Of a stretch of DNA of 37,581 nucleotides, positions 7,704 through 17,477 are shown piece by piece (within the stretch, counting starts at the first letter, position 1; every line of letters starts with the position of its first letter). Source of the DNA: Oscillospiraceae bacterium. GTDB lineage: Bacteria > Bacillota > Clostridia > Oscillospirales > Oscillospiraceae. The position numbers and the translations under genes are program-made. The notes beneath the pieces were generated by a model, which saw only the letters and a list, made by a program, of their open reading frames with translations, was not told where the DNA came from and searched no databases. The DNA lies in contig JAFTKE010000147.1 of assembly GCA_017456045.1 (NCBI GenBank), positions 1 to 37,581 on the forward strand, given 5' to 3'.

Positions 7704-8570
7704 ATGATCAAAAAAGTGATCTTGACCCCGAATCCTTATCGGGATAAGGATTTCTTGACCGTTCGTGAGGCGATGAAGATATTGAAAGAGGCACAGATCG
7801 AGACCAGACTGTGCCTTCCGTTCGAAGTTGACAGATCCTATGAGCTGCCCAAGGACCTTCGGTTCCATAAGCTGGACCGTGAGATCCAGTCTTCTGACCT
7901 TGTGATCTGCTTTGGCGGAGACGGTACCATCCTGCACATGGCGAAAGCCGCCACCCGGCATGGTGTCCCTATCTTGGGCGTCAACATCGGGACGATGGGG
8001 TTCATGGCAGAATTGGAAGCCTCGGAACTCCATCGATTGACACAGCTAGCAAAGGGGGAATACACCACTGACAGCCGTATGATGCTGGATGTGACCGTCC
8101 GACGGGACAGGGATATCATCTTCCATGATATCGGGCTGAACGATGTGGTGATCACCAAGGGCGCGGTGGCGAGGATCGTCCATTTGTCTGTTTGCTGTGA
8201 TGGGGTACAGGCCATGGAATGTGGCGGCGATGGCATCATCATCGCTACGCCCACAGGGTCCACCGCTTACAGCCTTTCTGCAGGCGGACCGATCGTGGAG
8301 CCTGAGGCGAAGAACATCCTTATCACCCCGATCTGTGCCCATGACATGGGGAGCCGTTGCATGGTCGCTTCCGATAAGCGGGTGATCACGGTGGGGCTGA
8401 CCCGGAACATGCGGCGTAACGCGTTCTTGTCAGTGGATGGCGGGAAGGCCGTGCGTATGAACATGGGCGATGTCGCCACTGTTCGCAGATCCGATATGGA
8501 GACGAAGCTGCTTCGGCTGAAGAAACGAAGCTTTTATGACGTTTTGAATGTGAAATTCAAACACAATTGA
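7704..8570 (+). CDS. nadK: NAD kinase
   Basis: Motifs GGDGT, LND and TPTGSTAYSLSAGGP. Start is ATG 7704 (or GTG 7695). Confidence 0.96.
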   Translation: MIKKVILTPNPYRDKDFLTVREAMKILKEAQIETRLCLPFEVDRSYELPKDLRFHKLDREIQSSDLVICFGGDGTILHMAKAATRHGVPILGVNIGTMGFMAELEASELHRLTQLAKGEYTTDSRMMLDVTVRRDRDIIFHDIGLNDVVITKGAVARIVHLSVCCDGVQAMECGGDGIIIATPTGSTAYSLSAGGPIVEPEAKNILITPICAHDMGSRCMVASDKRVITVGLTRNMRRNAFLSVDGGKAVRMNMGDVATVRRSDMETKLLRLKKRSFYDVLNVKFKHN

Positions 8571-8583
8571 GGAAGGTGCGGAA

Positions 8584-9036
8584 TTGAAAACACAAAGACA
8601 GGCGAAGATCCTCGAGATCGTCATGACCAGGGACGTAGAGACCCAGGAACAGCTGCTCCAGGAGCTGCAGGATGCTGGCTTTTACAGCACCCAGGCCACC
8701 ATCTCTCGGGATATCAAGGAGTTGCGTATCGTAAAGGAGCTGACCAGCTTCGGTACATACCGCTATACTACATCCGCTAAGGAGGTCTCCGGGACCTTCT
8801 CTACCCGGCTCAATACTATTTTCCGGGAATGCGTGACTGGTTTCGATTACGCCCAAAATATCGTGGTGATCCATACGCTGCCGGGCCTTGCTTCCGCTGC
8901 CGGATCTGCTGTGGATGCGATGAACATGAGTTTCGTGTTGGGGACACTGGCCGGTGATGATACGGTCATGATCGTCATGCGGGACACGAACGCCGCTGCT
9001 ACGTTCTGCAGCGAGATCAAGAATCTGTTGAACTGA
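8584..9036 (+). CDS. argR: Arginine repressor
   Basis: Motifs TQATISRDIKEL and GTLAGDDT; TTG start. Confidence 0.97.
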   Translation: MKTQRQAKILEIVMTRDVETQEQLLQELQDAGFYSTQATISRDIKELRIVKELTSFGTYRYTTSAKEVSGTFSTRLNTIFRECVTGFDYAQNIVVIHTLPGLASAAGSAVDAMNMSFVLGTLAGDDTVMIVMRDTNAAATFCSEIKNLLN

Positions 9037-9058
9037 CCACTCAAGGGAGGGATCGACC

Positions 9059-10708
9059 GTGCTGAGTCTACTTCATATCGAGAATATCGCCGTGATCGAG
9101 TGCGCGGACATCTCCTTCGATCGTGGGTTCAATGTTCTCACCGGTGAGACAGGTGCAGGTAAATCTATCGTCATCGACGCGATCTCTGCCATTTTGGGAG
9201 AGCGAGCTTATCGGGACATGATCCGGACTGGCACTACCATGGCCAGCGTGCGGGCGGTGTTCACAGATGTCCCGGAGCTGCCCTGGTTCCAGGAGAATGG
9301 GGTGGCATACGATAGCGAGATCGTCGTCCAGCGGCAGATCCATCTGGACGGCAAGAACGTTTGCCGGGTCAACGGATCGCTGGTCACCGTGTCGATCCTG
9401 CGCAAACTTGGGATCCAGCTGATCAATATCCATGGTCAGCACGATTCCGCATCTCTTCTTGATGAAGAGAACCATCTAGGGTTTCTGGATGCTTTTGCTG
9501 ATGACGCCCAACTGATCGCTGATCACCAGGAAAGATTCTCTGCGGTGATGGCTTTACGGCGGGATATCCAGCGAATGAGTATGGATGAGAGCGAGAAGCT
9601 TCGAAGGATGGAGACCCTGCGTTATCAGATCGAAGAGATCTCCAAGGCTTCATTGGAAGCAGGGGAGGACGATGAGCTGGAAGAGCGGAGGAAGCTCCTG
9701 CAAAACGCAGAGAAGCTCAGCAATGGGATGGACACCGCAGTGGAATGCCTTTATGGAGGCGACGAATCTGATGGTGCCGCCAGTTTGCTGGCTCAGGCGG
9801 AACGGGAACTGGCTCGGCTGTCCAGGTATACGGATTCCTTCGCCCATTTGCATGAACGTGTGGCGGATCTGATGTATCAGGTGCAGGATGTGGCAGAGGA
9901 TGTCCGCTCCGCAAGAGACGATCTGAGCTATTCCGCAGACGAGCTGGAGCAGATCGAGTCCCGCCTGGATGTGATCCACCGCTTGAGACGAAAGTATGGT
10001 GCAACTTGCGAGGATATCCTGGGATATCTGGAAAAAGCGCAGAAAGAGCTGGATGAGATCGAATTCGCGGACGATCACGTAGAGCGGTTGAAGGCGAAGC
10101 TGCAGAAGGCAGAAAAAGAAGCCTGGAAAACGGCATACGCCCTTCGTGACCATCGCAAAGGAAAGGCGCAACTGCTTTCTGACAGGATATTGACAGAGCT
10201 TGCACAATTGGATATGCCCAGGGTCCAGTTCTCCTGTGTGTTCGAAGAGACAGAGCTGACTGCTAGTGGTGCAGACAGTGTCGTGTTCTATATGTCCGCC
10301 AATGCGGGCGAAGCCTTGAAGTCCATGAGCAAGGTCGCTTCCGGCGGCGAGTTGGCCCGTATCATGCTGGCGATGAAGAACGTACTGGCAGAGAAGGATA
10401 GGGTGGACACACTGATCTTCGACGAGGTCGATACCGGTGTTTCAGGACGTGCCGCTCAGAAGGTGGCGGAGAAACTCAGAAGCGTCGCTACTCACAAGCA
10501 GGTCCTTTGCGTCACCCATCTGCCTCAGCTGGCAGCTCTGGCCAATACTCATTTGCTGATCGCGAAATCCGAGCGAGATGGGCGGACTTACACCACCGTG
10601 ACTCCTTTGGATATAGAGGGCAGGAAACGCGAGCTGGCTCGCATCATCGGCGGAGCCAATATCACCGAGACGACCTTGAAAAGCGCCGAAGAGATGCTGT
10701 CCATATGA
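9059..10708 (+). CDS. recN: DNA repair protein RecN
   Basis: Walker A GETGAGKS, IHGQH, ASGGELAR, IFDEVDTGVSG and THLPQ. Confidence 0.98.
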   Translation: MLSLLHIENIAVIECADISFDRGFNVLTGETGAGKSIVIDAISAILGERAYRDMIRTGTTMASVRAVFTDVPELPWFQENGVAYDSEIVVQRQIHLDGKNVCRVNGSLVTVSILRKLGIQLINIHGQHDSASLLDEENHLGFLDAFADDAQLIADHQERFSAVMALRRDIQRMSMDESEKLRRMETLRYQIEEISKASLEAGEDDELEERRKLLQNAEKLSNGMDTAVECLYGGDESDGAASLLAQAERELARLSRYTDSFAHLHERVADLMYQVQDVAEDVRSARDDLSYSADELEQIESRLDVIHRLRRKYGATCEDILGYLEKAQKELDEIEFADDHVERLKAKLQKAEKEAWKTAYALRDHRKGKAQLLSDRILTELAQLDMPRVQFSCVFEETELTASGADSVVFYMSANAGEALKSMSKVASGGELARIMLAMKNVLAEKDRVDTLIFDEVDTGVSGRAAQKVAEKLRSVATHKQVLCVTHLPQLAALANTHLLIAKSERDGRTYTTVTPLDIEGRKRELARIIGGANITETTLKSAEEMLSI

Positions 10709-10755
10709 CTATCCACAGGTGTCCTCTTGATCATCCTAAATGTGAAACTTCTATG

Positions 10756-10782
10756 ACCGCCGGGGATCCCCGGCGGTTTTTT
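10756..10782 (+). terminator. Rho-independent terminator of the ole-recN operon
   Basis: Perfect palindrome ACCGCCGGGGATCCCCGGCGGT followed by TTTTT. Confidence 0.88.
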
Positions 10783-10888
10783 GTAAATTGGCTCTTTTCT
10801 TTTCAGGGATGAACGTGTATAATGTATAAGAGTATTTGTGCCCAGAGGAGGATCCTGGTGGGTGATCATATGGTTCGGAGGTGTCCTT

Positions 10889-11509
10889 ATGGGATGGTTC
10901 AAGAAAAAGGAGAAGAAGACTGACGAGGCTTCGGAAGTCAAGCTGACCTGGCAGCAAAGCCTGATCACGGATATTCGTGACGTGCTGTATGTGCTGGCGG
11001 GCTTCATGATCGTTTATATGCTGTTCTTTCGGGTGGTCGTAGTGGTCGGTCCGTCCATGTATGATACGCTGGTGGACGGCGACCGTCTGGTGCTGGTAAG
11101 CAACGTGCTTTACACCGAGCCGGAACAGGGAGATATCATCGTAGCCAGTAAGAATGCCTTTCGCAATGGGGAGTGCATCGTCAAGCGCGTGATCGCCACG
11201 GAAGGCCAGCATGTCGATATCGATTTCGCCCGGGGCATCGTTTATGTCGACGGTGAAGCGTTGGATGAATCCCTTTATATCACGGGAGAGACCACGAGAC
11301 GGGAGGGGATGACCTTCCCTCTGGTGGTGGAAGAGGGCCATGTGTTCGTCATGGGCGACAACAGAGACGATTCCATGGATAGTCGTGACCCGGCCATCGG
11401 TCTGATCGACGAACGAGAGATCCTGGGCAAGGTCGTGTTCCTGCTGACCCCCGGGACCAACGGCGGCACCCAGGAACCGGATTACGCAAGGATCGGAGTG
11501 GTCGAGTGA
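10889..11509 (+). CDS. lepB: Signal peptidase I
   Basis: N-terminal TM segment, GPSMYDTL (catalytic Ser), IVKRVIA (catalytic Lys), MGDNRDDSMDSR. ATG at 10889 follows GGAGGTG. Confidence 0.95.
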   Translation: MGWFKKKEKKTDEASEVKLTWQQSLITDIRDVLYVLAGFMIVYMLFFRVVVVVGPSMYDTLVDGDRLVLVSNVLYTEPEQGDIIVASKNAFRNGECIVKRVIATEGQHVDIDFARGIVYVDGEALDESLYITGETTRREGMTFPLVVEEGHVFVMGDNRDDSMDSRDPAIGLIDEREILGKVVFLLTPGTNGGTQEPDYARIGVVE

Positions 11510-11510
11510 T

Positions 11511-12377
11511 ATGGACGATAAGATGAACATCCAGTGGTATCCAGGCCACATGACCAAGACTCGCCGCCAGATCGAAGCGGATCTGAAACAGGTGGATGCG
11601 GTCTGTGAGATCGTGGATGCCCGGATCCCCATTTCCAGCCGGAACCCTGACATCGACGCGATCTGTGGAACCAAGCCCAGGATCATGATATTGAACCGTA
11701 TGGATCTGGCTGATCCCAACGCCACTGCCAGATGGGCAGAGCATTATCGCAGCCAGGGGCGGGCCGCTGTCCCCACCGATTGCAAAAGCAGGAAGGGCAT
11801 CAATGCCTTCACGCCTGCCGTCAGACAGGTGCTACGGGAGAAGCTGGAGCGTGATGCTGCCCGGGGGATGAATCGTCCACTGCGTGTCATGGTGGTGGGG
11901 ATCCCTAATGTGGGAAAATCCACGTTGATCAACCAGATCTCCGGGCGCAAAGGTGCCAAAGCAGAGAACCGTCCCGGCGTGACCCGGGGCAAGCAATGGG
12001 TCACAGTGGACAGTGGGCTTCTACTTCTGGATACGCCCGGCATCCTGTGGCCCAAATTCGAGGATCCCACAGTGGGTATGATGCTGGCTTATACAGGCGC
12101 TGTCAAAGAAGGGATCCTGGATATCGAGGAACTATCCTGCCATCTGATGGAGCTGCTGTGGAAACGATATCCGAAGGCAGTGACCGACCGGTATGGCATC
12201 GAGGCCGAGCCAGATCTTCCTGGCTATGAGCTGCTGCAGCTGGCGGGGAAGAAGAGAGGCTACCTGCTGGCTCGAGGAGAGATCGATACGGAACGGATGG
12301 CGAAGGTGCTGCTGGACGAGTACCGGGCCGGAAAGCTTGGCCGCTTCACGTTAGAGCTGCCGGAGGATGGGAAATGA
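11511..12377 (+). CDS. rbgA: Ribosome biogenesis GTPase RbgA/YlqF
   Basis: Motifs IQWYPGHM, DARIP, GIPNVGKS and DTPGILWPK. Confidence 0.97.
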   Translation: MDDKMNIQWYPGHMTKTRRQIEADLKQVDAVCEIVDARIPISSRNPDIDAICGTKPRIMILNRMDLADPNATARWAEHYRSQGRAAVPTDCKSRKGINAFTPAVRQVLREKLERDAARGMNRPLRVMVVGIPNVGKSTLINQISGRKGAKAENRPGVTRGKQWVTVDSGLLLLDTPGILWPKFEDPTVGMMLAYTGAVKEGILDIEELSCHLMELLWKRYPKAVTDRYGIEAEPDLPGYELLQLAGKKRGYLLARGEIDTERMAKVLLDEYRAGKLGRFTLELPEDGK

Positions 12378-12988
12378 GTATGGTAGATATGTGGAGTATC
12401 GAATCGCTCCATTTCGATAAGGGGATCCGCCTGATCTGCGGTGTGGACGAGGCCGGACGCGGACCTTTAGCTGGCCCTGTTTGCGCCGCTGCTGTCATTT
12501 TACCGCCCTATGCGGATATCCCTGGACTGAACGACAGCAAGAAACTGACGGATAAACGGCGTCGAGAACTATTCCCGATCATCAAGGAGAAGGCCATCGC
12601 CTACGGCATCGGTCTTGCCAGTCACGAGGAGATCGACCAGATCAATATCCTACAGGCGACCTACCTTGCCATGGAGCGAGCGTTGGAGCGGCTGGACGTG
12701 AAGCCAGAGATGGCTCTGATCGATGGGAACAGAGCGAAGGACTTCGGCCTTCCGGTAGAAACTGTGGTGAAAGGGGACAGTCTCAGTGCCAGTATCGCCG
12801 CAGCTTCTGTGTTAGCGAAAGTCACTCGAGACGATCTGATGCTGGAGGCGGCAAAAGCGTTTCCCCAGTACCAGTTCGATATCCATAAGGGCTACGGGAC
12901 CAAAGCGCATTATGAAGCGCTCCGCACCTATGGTCCCTGTCCGATCCACCGCATGACCTTCCTCAAGAAATTCTATGGGGAGAAATAA
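12374..12988 (+). CDS. rnhB: Ribonuclease HII
   Basis: Motifs GVDEAGRGPLAGPV, DSKKL, IAAASVLAKVTRD and HKGYGT. Confidence 0.97.
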   Translation: MSMVDMWSIESLHFDKGIRLICGVDEAGRGPLAGPVCAAAVILPPYADIPGLNDSKKLTDKRRRELFPIIKEKAIAYGIGLASHEEIDQINILQATYLAMERALERLDVKPEMALIDGNRAKDFGLPVETVVKGDSLSASIAAASVLAKVTRDDLMLEAAKAFPQYQFDIHKGYGTKAHYEALRTYGPCPIHRMTFLKKFYGEK

Positions 12989-13340
12989 TATCGTCGGTGC
13001 CTGGGGAGAAGCTCTGGCATCGGAATATCTTCGTAAAAAACATTACATCCTTGAAGCGGCCGGATTCCGCTGTCGCTTTGGAGAGATCGATCTGATCGTT
13101 CGGGATAAAGAATACTTGGTCTTCGTGGAAGTGAAGCTACGTCGATCTGACTCCTTCGCCCAGGCGATGGAGTATGTCGACCACAGGAAGCAGCAGCGTA
13201 TCCGCACCACTGCTTCTGTGTATTTGGCAGACCATCCCACTTCGCTCCAGCCCCGTTTCGATGTGATCGAGATCTATGCCCCCGAGGGCACCATGACGAA
13301 AAAGCCACAGATCCATCATATGGAGGATGCGTTCCAATGA
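12975..13340 (+). CDS. yraN: YraN-family (UPF0102) putative nuclease
   Basis: Motifs GEIDLI, FVEVK and RFDVI; conserved position after rnhB. Confidence 0.92.
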   Translation: MGRNNIVGAWGEALASEYLRKKHYILEAAGFRCRFGEIDLIVRDKEYLVFVEVKLRRSDSFAQAMEYVDHRKQQRIRTTASVYLADHPTSLQPRFDVIEIYAPEGTMTKKPQIHHMEDAFQ

Positions 13341-14290
13341 ACTTTCCTGTTTTCGACCTGCACTGCGATACCGCCTATGCGCTGCTGGGTAGCGATCACA
13401 ACAGCGCCGGCGCGCTTCGTAAGAACGATCTGCATATCGACCTGGAGCGGGCCAAGGCCCTTCCGGGGTATGCCCAATGTTTTGCTTGCTTCACCACGCC
13501 TTTCATGGAGGAGTGGTATCATATCAAGCCTCTGACCATCTTCGAACGGGAGTTGGCTACCATCCAGCGGGAGATCGACAAGAACAAGCGTATGATCTCC
13601 ATCGCTTATGGCCCTGGGGATATCGAAGCGAATCGACAGAAGGGGAAGATGTCCGCGATCTTGACGATCGAAGGTCCTGCCGGTTTTGGATATGATCCGG
13701 AGCTTTTGCAGGATCTTGCGCTGATAGGATTTCGAATGACCACCCTGACCTGGAACGAGCAGAACCCGCTGGCCGGATCACACAAGACCGGGGGCGGTCT
13801 GACGGATCAGGGGAAAGCGTTCGTGGAGGAAGCACAGCGCGTAGGGATGTTGATCGATGTGAGCCATCTCAGCGATGAAGCGTTCTGGGATGTCATGGAT
13901 ATCACCCAGGCGCCGATCGTTGCCACCCATTCCAACAGTCGCAGTGTCTGCGACGTCAGTCGGAACCTGACGGACGATATGTTCCGCGCGATCTGCCGCA
14001 CCGGTGGCGTTGCTGGGGCCAATCAATGCGCTCCCTTCGTTGGAGAAGCGCCTACCCTGGATACGGTCTGCGACCATATCCTCCATTGGCTCCAGATCGA
14101 TCCCGAATGTCGCCACATCGCCCTTGGCGCGGATCTGGACGGCTGCGATACCTTGACTGGTGGATTCCATGGGATCCAGAGCTATCCAGCTCTGGCGGAA
14201 CGTCTGCTGCAGCGGGGCCTGACTGAAACACAAGTAGAGGACATCTTCTGGAACAATGCGATGGGAGTGATGGAGAAATGCTGTATGTGA
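13337..14290 (+). CDS. Membrane dipeptidase (peptidase M19 family)
   Basis: Motifs DLHCD, TIEG, TLTWN, IDVSHLS, ATHSN and LGADLDG. Confidence 0.92.
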   Translation: MNFPVFDLHCDTAYALLGSDHNSAGALRKNDLHIDLERAKALPGYAQCFACFTTPFMEEWYHIKPLTIFERELATIQREIDKNKRMISIAYGPGDIEANRQKGKMSAILTIEGPAGFGYDPELLQDLALIGFRMTTLTWNEQNPLAGSHKTGGGLTDQGKAFVEEAQRVGMLIDVSHLSDEAFWDVMDITQAPIVATHSNSRSVCDVSRNLTDDMFRAICRTGGVAGANQCAPFVGEAPTLDTVCDHILHWLQIDPECRHIALGADLDGCDTLTGGFHGIQSYPALAERLLQRGLTETQVEDIFWNNAMGVMEKCCM

Positions 14291-15321
14291 CCACCCGAGG
14301 CAAGCATGATGTCTTTACTGCGTCCATCACGATGAACCAGGATAGGGGACCGGACGGGGGACTATTCATCCCGTTTCGGATGCCCAGCTTTGAAAAGGCC
14401 CAGATCCTGCAACTGGCTGACAAATCCATGGGACAAAACATCGCGGACATCCTGAACCTGTTCTTTTCTTCGAAGCTCACTAGTTGGGATGTGGATATGG
14501 CCATCGGTCGGTTCCTTCTGGAATTCAAGCCGATCAATTATCGGGTCGTGGTGGCGGAAGTGTGGCATAACATGGATCAGTCCTTCGATCGCGTTGTCCG
14601 CTCTCTGGCTGAAAAGATCCATCCTGATGGGGATATCATCGGGGATCCTTCGGATTGGATGCAGATCGCGATCCGCATCGCTGTCTTGTTTGGGATCTTT
14701 GGTGAGCTTTTGCGCACGGGACAGATCACATACGAAAAGCCTATCAATGTGGCTGTCAGCGCCGGGAACTTCGCCGCTCCTATGGCTGCCTGGTATGCTC
14801 GACAGATGGGGCTTCCGATCGACACCATCATCTGTGGCTGTAATGAGAACGGCGCTCCTTGGGAGCTTTTGCACCGGGGTGAATTGGACACCGCAGCTGC
14901 TGTGATCCCTACATCCACGCCGGAAGGGGACCATGCAGTCCCAGCCGGGCTGGAAAGACTGATCTGTGGCGCCTGTGGACTTGAGCAGACCATGGATCTT
15001 TGCTGGTGCTGCTCAGAAGGGGCCACCTATGTGCCTGATGGAGAGGCTCATTCTGCTATGCGGGAGGGGATGTTCGCCGCTGTGGTCAGTCAGGTCCGGG
15101 TGGATACCATCATCCCTAGTGTCTATCGTACCAATCAGTATGTACTGGATATGTACGCATCGCTGGCTTACGGCGCGCTTTCGGATTATCGTTCCCGCAC
15201 CGGAAAGTCTACTACGACACTGCTCATCGCGGAAAAATGCCCGCTTGTCCAAGCAGAAGCCGTGGCACATACGATGCGAATCAGTGTCCAGGAACTTAAA
15301 AAGCGGGTCATGGAGGGGTAA
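14278..15321 (+). CDS. Degenerate threonine synthase-like protein (probably catalytically inactive)
   Basis: ThrC-like N-terminus (YVTTRG..PDGGLFIP) and C-terminal region (AGNF..AAWYARQMGLPI..CGCNEN). The PLP-lysine motif HGPTxAFKD is replaced by HNMDQSFDR and no TSGDTG motif is present. The frame is intact at 347 aa. Confidence 0.75.
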   Translation: MLYVTTRGKHDVFTASITMNQDRGPDGGLFIPFRMPSFEKAQILQLADKSMGQNIADILNLFFSSKLTSWDVDMAIGRFLLEFKPINYRVVVAEVWHNMDQSFDRVVRSLAEKIHPDGDIIGDPSDWMQIAIRIAVLFGIFGELLRTGQITYEKPINVAVSAGNFAAPMAAWYARQMGLPIDTIICGCNENGAPWELLHRGELDTAAAVIPTSTPEGDHAVPAGLERLICGACGLEQTMDLCWCCSEGATYVPDGEAHSAMREGMFAAVVSQVRVDTIIPSVYRTNQYVLDMYASLAYGALSDYRSRTGKSTTTLLIAEKCPLVQAEAVAHTMRISVQELKKRVMEG

Positions 15322-15322
15322 G

Positions 15323-16009
15323 ATGGCCTTATACGCGATCGGAGATCTCCACCTGAGTCTGGGCGTGGAAAAGCCCATGGATGTGTTCGGGGGTAATTGG
15401 GTCGGCTATATGGATAAGCTGGCTGAAGGGCTGTCGGTGATCCGTCCCGAGGATACCACGGTCCTTTTGGGCGATCTTACCTGGGCGCTGGATCTTGAAG
15501 GAGCAGCACCGGATTTCGCCTGGATCGATGCGATCCCCGGAAAAAAGATCATCCTGAAAGGTAACCATGATTACTGGTGGAGCACTGCGTCCAAGTTCTA
15601 TAAATTCTGCCAGGAAAAAGGGTTTGCTGACCAGTACATCCTGAATAACAACCACTATGTTTATGAAGGATGGGCGATCTGCGGGACCAGAGGCTGGTTC
15701 TTCGAAGAAGAGCGGAGCGGACAGCATGATGAGAAGGTGTTCAAACGGGAGCTGCTGCGACTGGAGGCTTCCTTGAAGTCTGCTGGCGATCTTCCGAAAA
15801 TGGTCTTCCTGCATTATCCGCCGCGCTACAAGGGCTATCAGTGCGACGAGATCCTGGAACTGCTCTCTCGCTATGAGGTGAGACGCTGCTTTTATGGCCA
15901 TCTCCACGGTCCCAGCCATAAATTGGCTATGGAAGGGCTGTGGGACAGCATCGAATTCCGGCTTGTTTCCGCGGATTTCCTGGATTTTAAGCCCTTCAAG
16001 GTAATTTAA
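15323..16009 (+). CDS. Calcineurin-like metallophosphoesterase
   Basis: Motifs GDLH, GD, GNHD, HYPP and GHLH. ATG at 15323 follows GGAGG. Confidence 0.92.
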   Translation: MALYAIGDLHLSLGVEKPMDVFGGNWVGYMDKLAEGLSVIRPEDTTVLLGDLTWALDLEGAAPDFAWIDAIPGKKIILKGNHDYWWSTASKFYKFCQEKGFADQYILNNNHYVYEGWAICGTRGWFFEEERSGQHDEKVFKRELLRLEASLKSAGDLPKMVFLHYPPRYKGYQCDEILELLSRYEVRRCFYGHLHGPSHKLAMEGLWDSIEFRLVSADFLDFKPFKVI

Positions 16010-16031
16010 TAAATAATTTGCTAAAAAAGTG

Positions 16032-16060
16032 TGGACAATTCCCGCTTTCTCTGCTAGAAT
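16032..16060 (+). promoter_or_regulatory. SigmaA promoter of tig
   Basis: TGGACA, 17-bp spacer, TAGAAT, with extended TG. Confidence 0.7.
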
Positions 16061-16124
16061 ATATCAGCTGTGAACCAATACATAAGATCCGCATTCGCGG
16101 ACTGATCTTAGGAGGAAAATCGTA

Positions 16125-17411
16125 ATGAATGTTAAGAACATCGAAAAGAACGGCAATCAGGCTACCATCGTCGTGGAGATCGACAAGGAGCTGATGGAGT
16201 CCGGCGTGAACAAGGCTTACATGAAGGCCCGCAAGCAGATCCAGATCCCGGGCTTCCGTAAGGGTAAGGCCCCCCGGAAGATGATCGAGGCTATGTACGG
16301 CGCCCACGTCTTCTACGAAGACGGTCTGGAGGAGATCTTCCCCGAGGTCTACGAGGCAGCCGTTGTGAAGCAGGACGTGAAGGCTGTTGGCCGGCCCAGC
16401 CTGACCGATATGGATATCAGCGATGAGGGCATCGTCACCATCACCATCACTACTGATGTGTATCCCGAGGTCACTCTGGGTGAGTATAAGGGCCTGGAAG
16501 TCGAGAAGGCTGAGGCTACCGTCACCGACGAGCAGGTCCAGGCCGAGCTGGACAGCATGGCTCAGAACGTGGCTTCCACTGAGACTGTGGAGCGTGCTGC
16601 TCAGATGGGCGACACTGCTAACATCGACTTCGAAGGCTTCGACAATGGCATCCCCTTCGATGGTGGTAAGGGCGACAACTTCGATCTGAAGCTGGGCTCC
16701 GGCTCCTTCGTCCCCGGTTTTGAGGAGCAGATCGTTGGCATGAACGTGGGTGAGGAGAAGGATATCGATATCACTTTCCCCGAGGATTACCATGCTGAGC
16801 TGGCTGGTAAGCCCGTCGTGTTCCATGTCAAGGTCAACAAGATCACCGAGACCGTCGTTCCCGCTCTGGACGACGAGTTTGCCAAGGACGTCTCCGAGTT
16901 CGATACTCTGGAAGAGCTGAAGGCTGACATCCGCACCAAGGCGCTGGAGAAGGCTCAGAAGCAGATCGACTCCGCTTTTGAGAACGCCTGCGTCGAGAAG
17001 GCTGCTGAGAACACCACTGTCGATATGCCCAACGCGCTGATCGAGGCTGAGCTGGACACCCAGATGGAGCGCTTCGGTTACCAGCTGCAGATGAGCGGCT
17101 ACTCCATGGAGCAGTACGCAAAGATGATGGGCGGCGATGTGTCCACCATGCGTAACGCTTTCCGTCCTGCTGCTGAGAAGCAGGCTAAGATCAACGTGAC
17201 TCTGGAGAAGATCGGCGAGGTGGAGAACATCACCGTTTCCGAGGATGAGATCAACGCCGAGCTGGAGTCCCTGGCTGCTCAGTACCAGCTGGAGCTGGAG
17301 AAGGTCAAGGACATGGTCCCCGCTGAGGAGATCACCACCAGCCTGAAGACCCGCAAGGCCGTCAAGGTCATCGTGGACAGCGCTGTCGCTGTCGCTCCCA
17401 AGGCGGAGTGA
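16125..17411 (+). CDS. tig: Trigger factor
   Basis: Ribosome-binding signature GFRKGKAP, FKBP domain (FVPGFEEQ, FPEDY), strong codon bias, RBS AGGAGG. Confidence 0.98.
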   Translation: MNVKNIEKNGNQATIVVEIDKELMESGVNKAYMKARKQIQIPGFRKGKAPRKMIEAMYGAHVFYEDGLEEIFPEVYEAAVVKQDVKAVGRPSLTDMDISDEGIVTITITTDVYPEVTLGEYKGLEVEKAEATVTDEQVQAELDSMAQNVASTETVERAAQMGDTANIDFEGFDNGIPFDGGKGDNFDLKLGSGSFVPGFEEQIVGMNVGEEKDIDITFPEDYHAELAGKPVVFHVKVNKITETVVPALDDEFAKDVSEFDTLEELKADIRTKALEKAQKQIDSAFENACVEKAAENTTVDMPNALIEAELDTQMERFGYQLQMSGYSMEQYAKMMGGDVSTMRNAFRPAAEKQAKINVTLEKIGEVENITVSEDEINAELESLAAQYQLELEKVKDMVPAEEITTSLKTRKAVKVIVDSAVAVAPKAE

Positions 17412-17477
17412 TATTGAGGAATAACCTTCCTCTTTAATGGTTAGAATGTTTCAAACCCTTTGAAAGGAGACATCACC

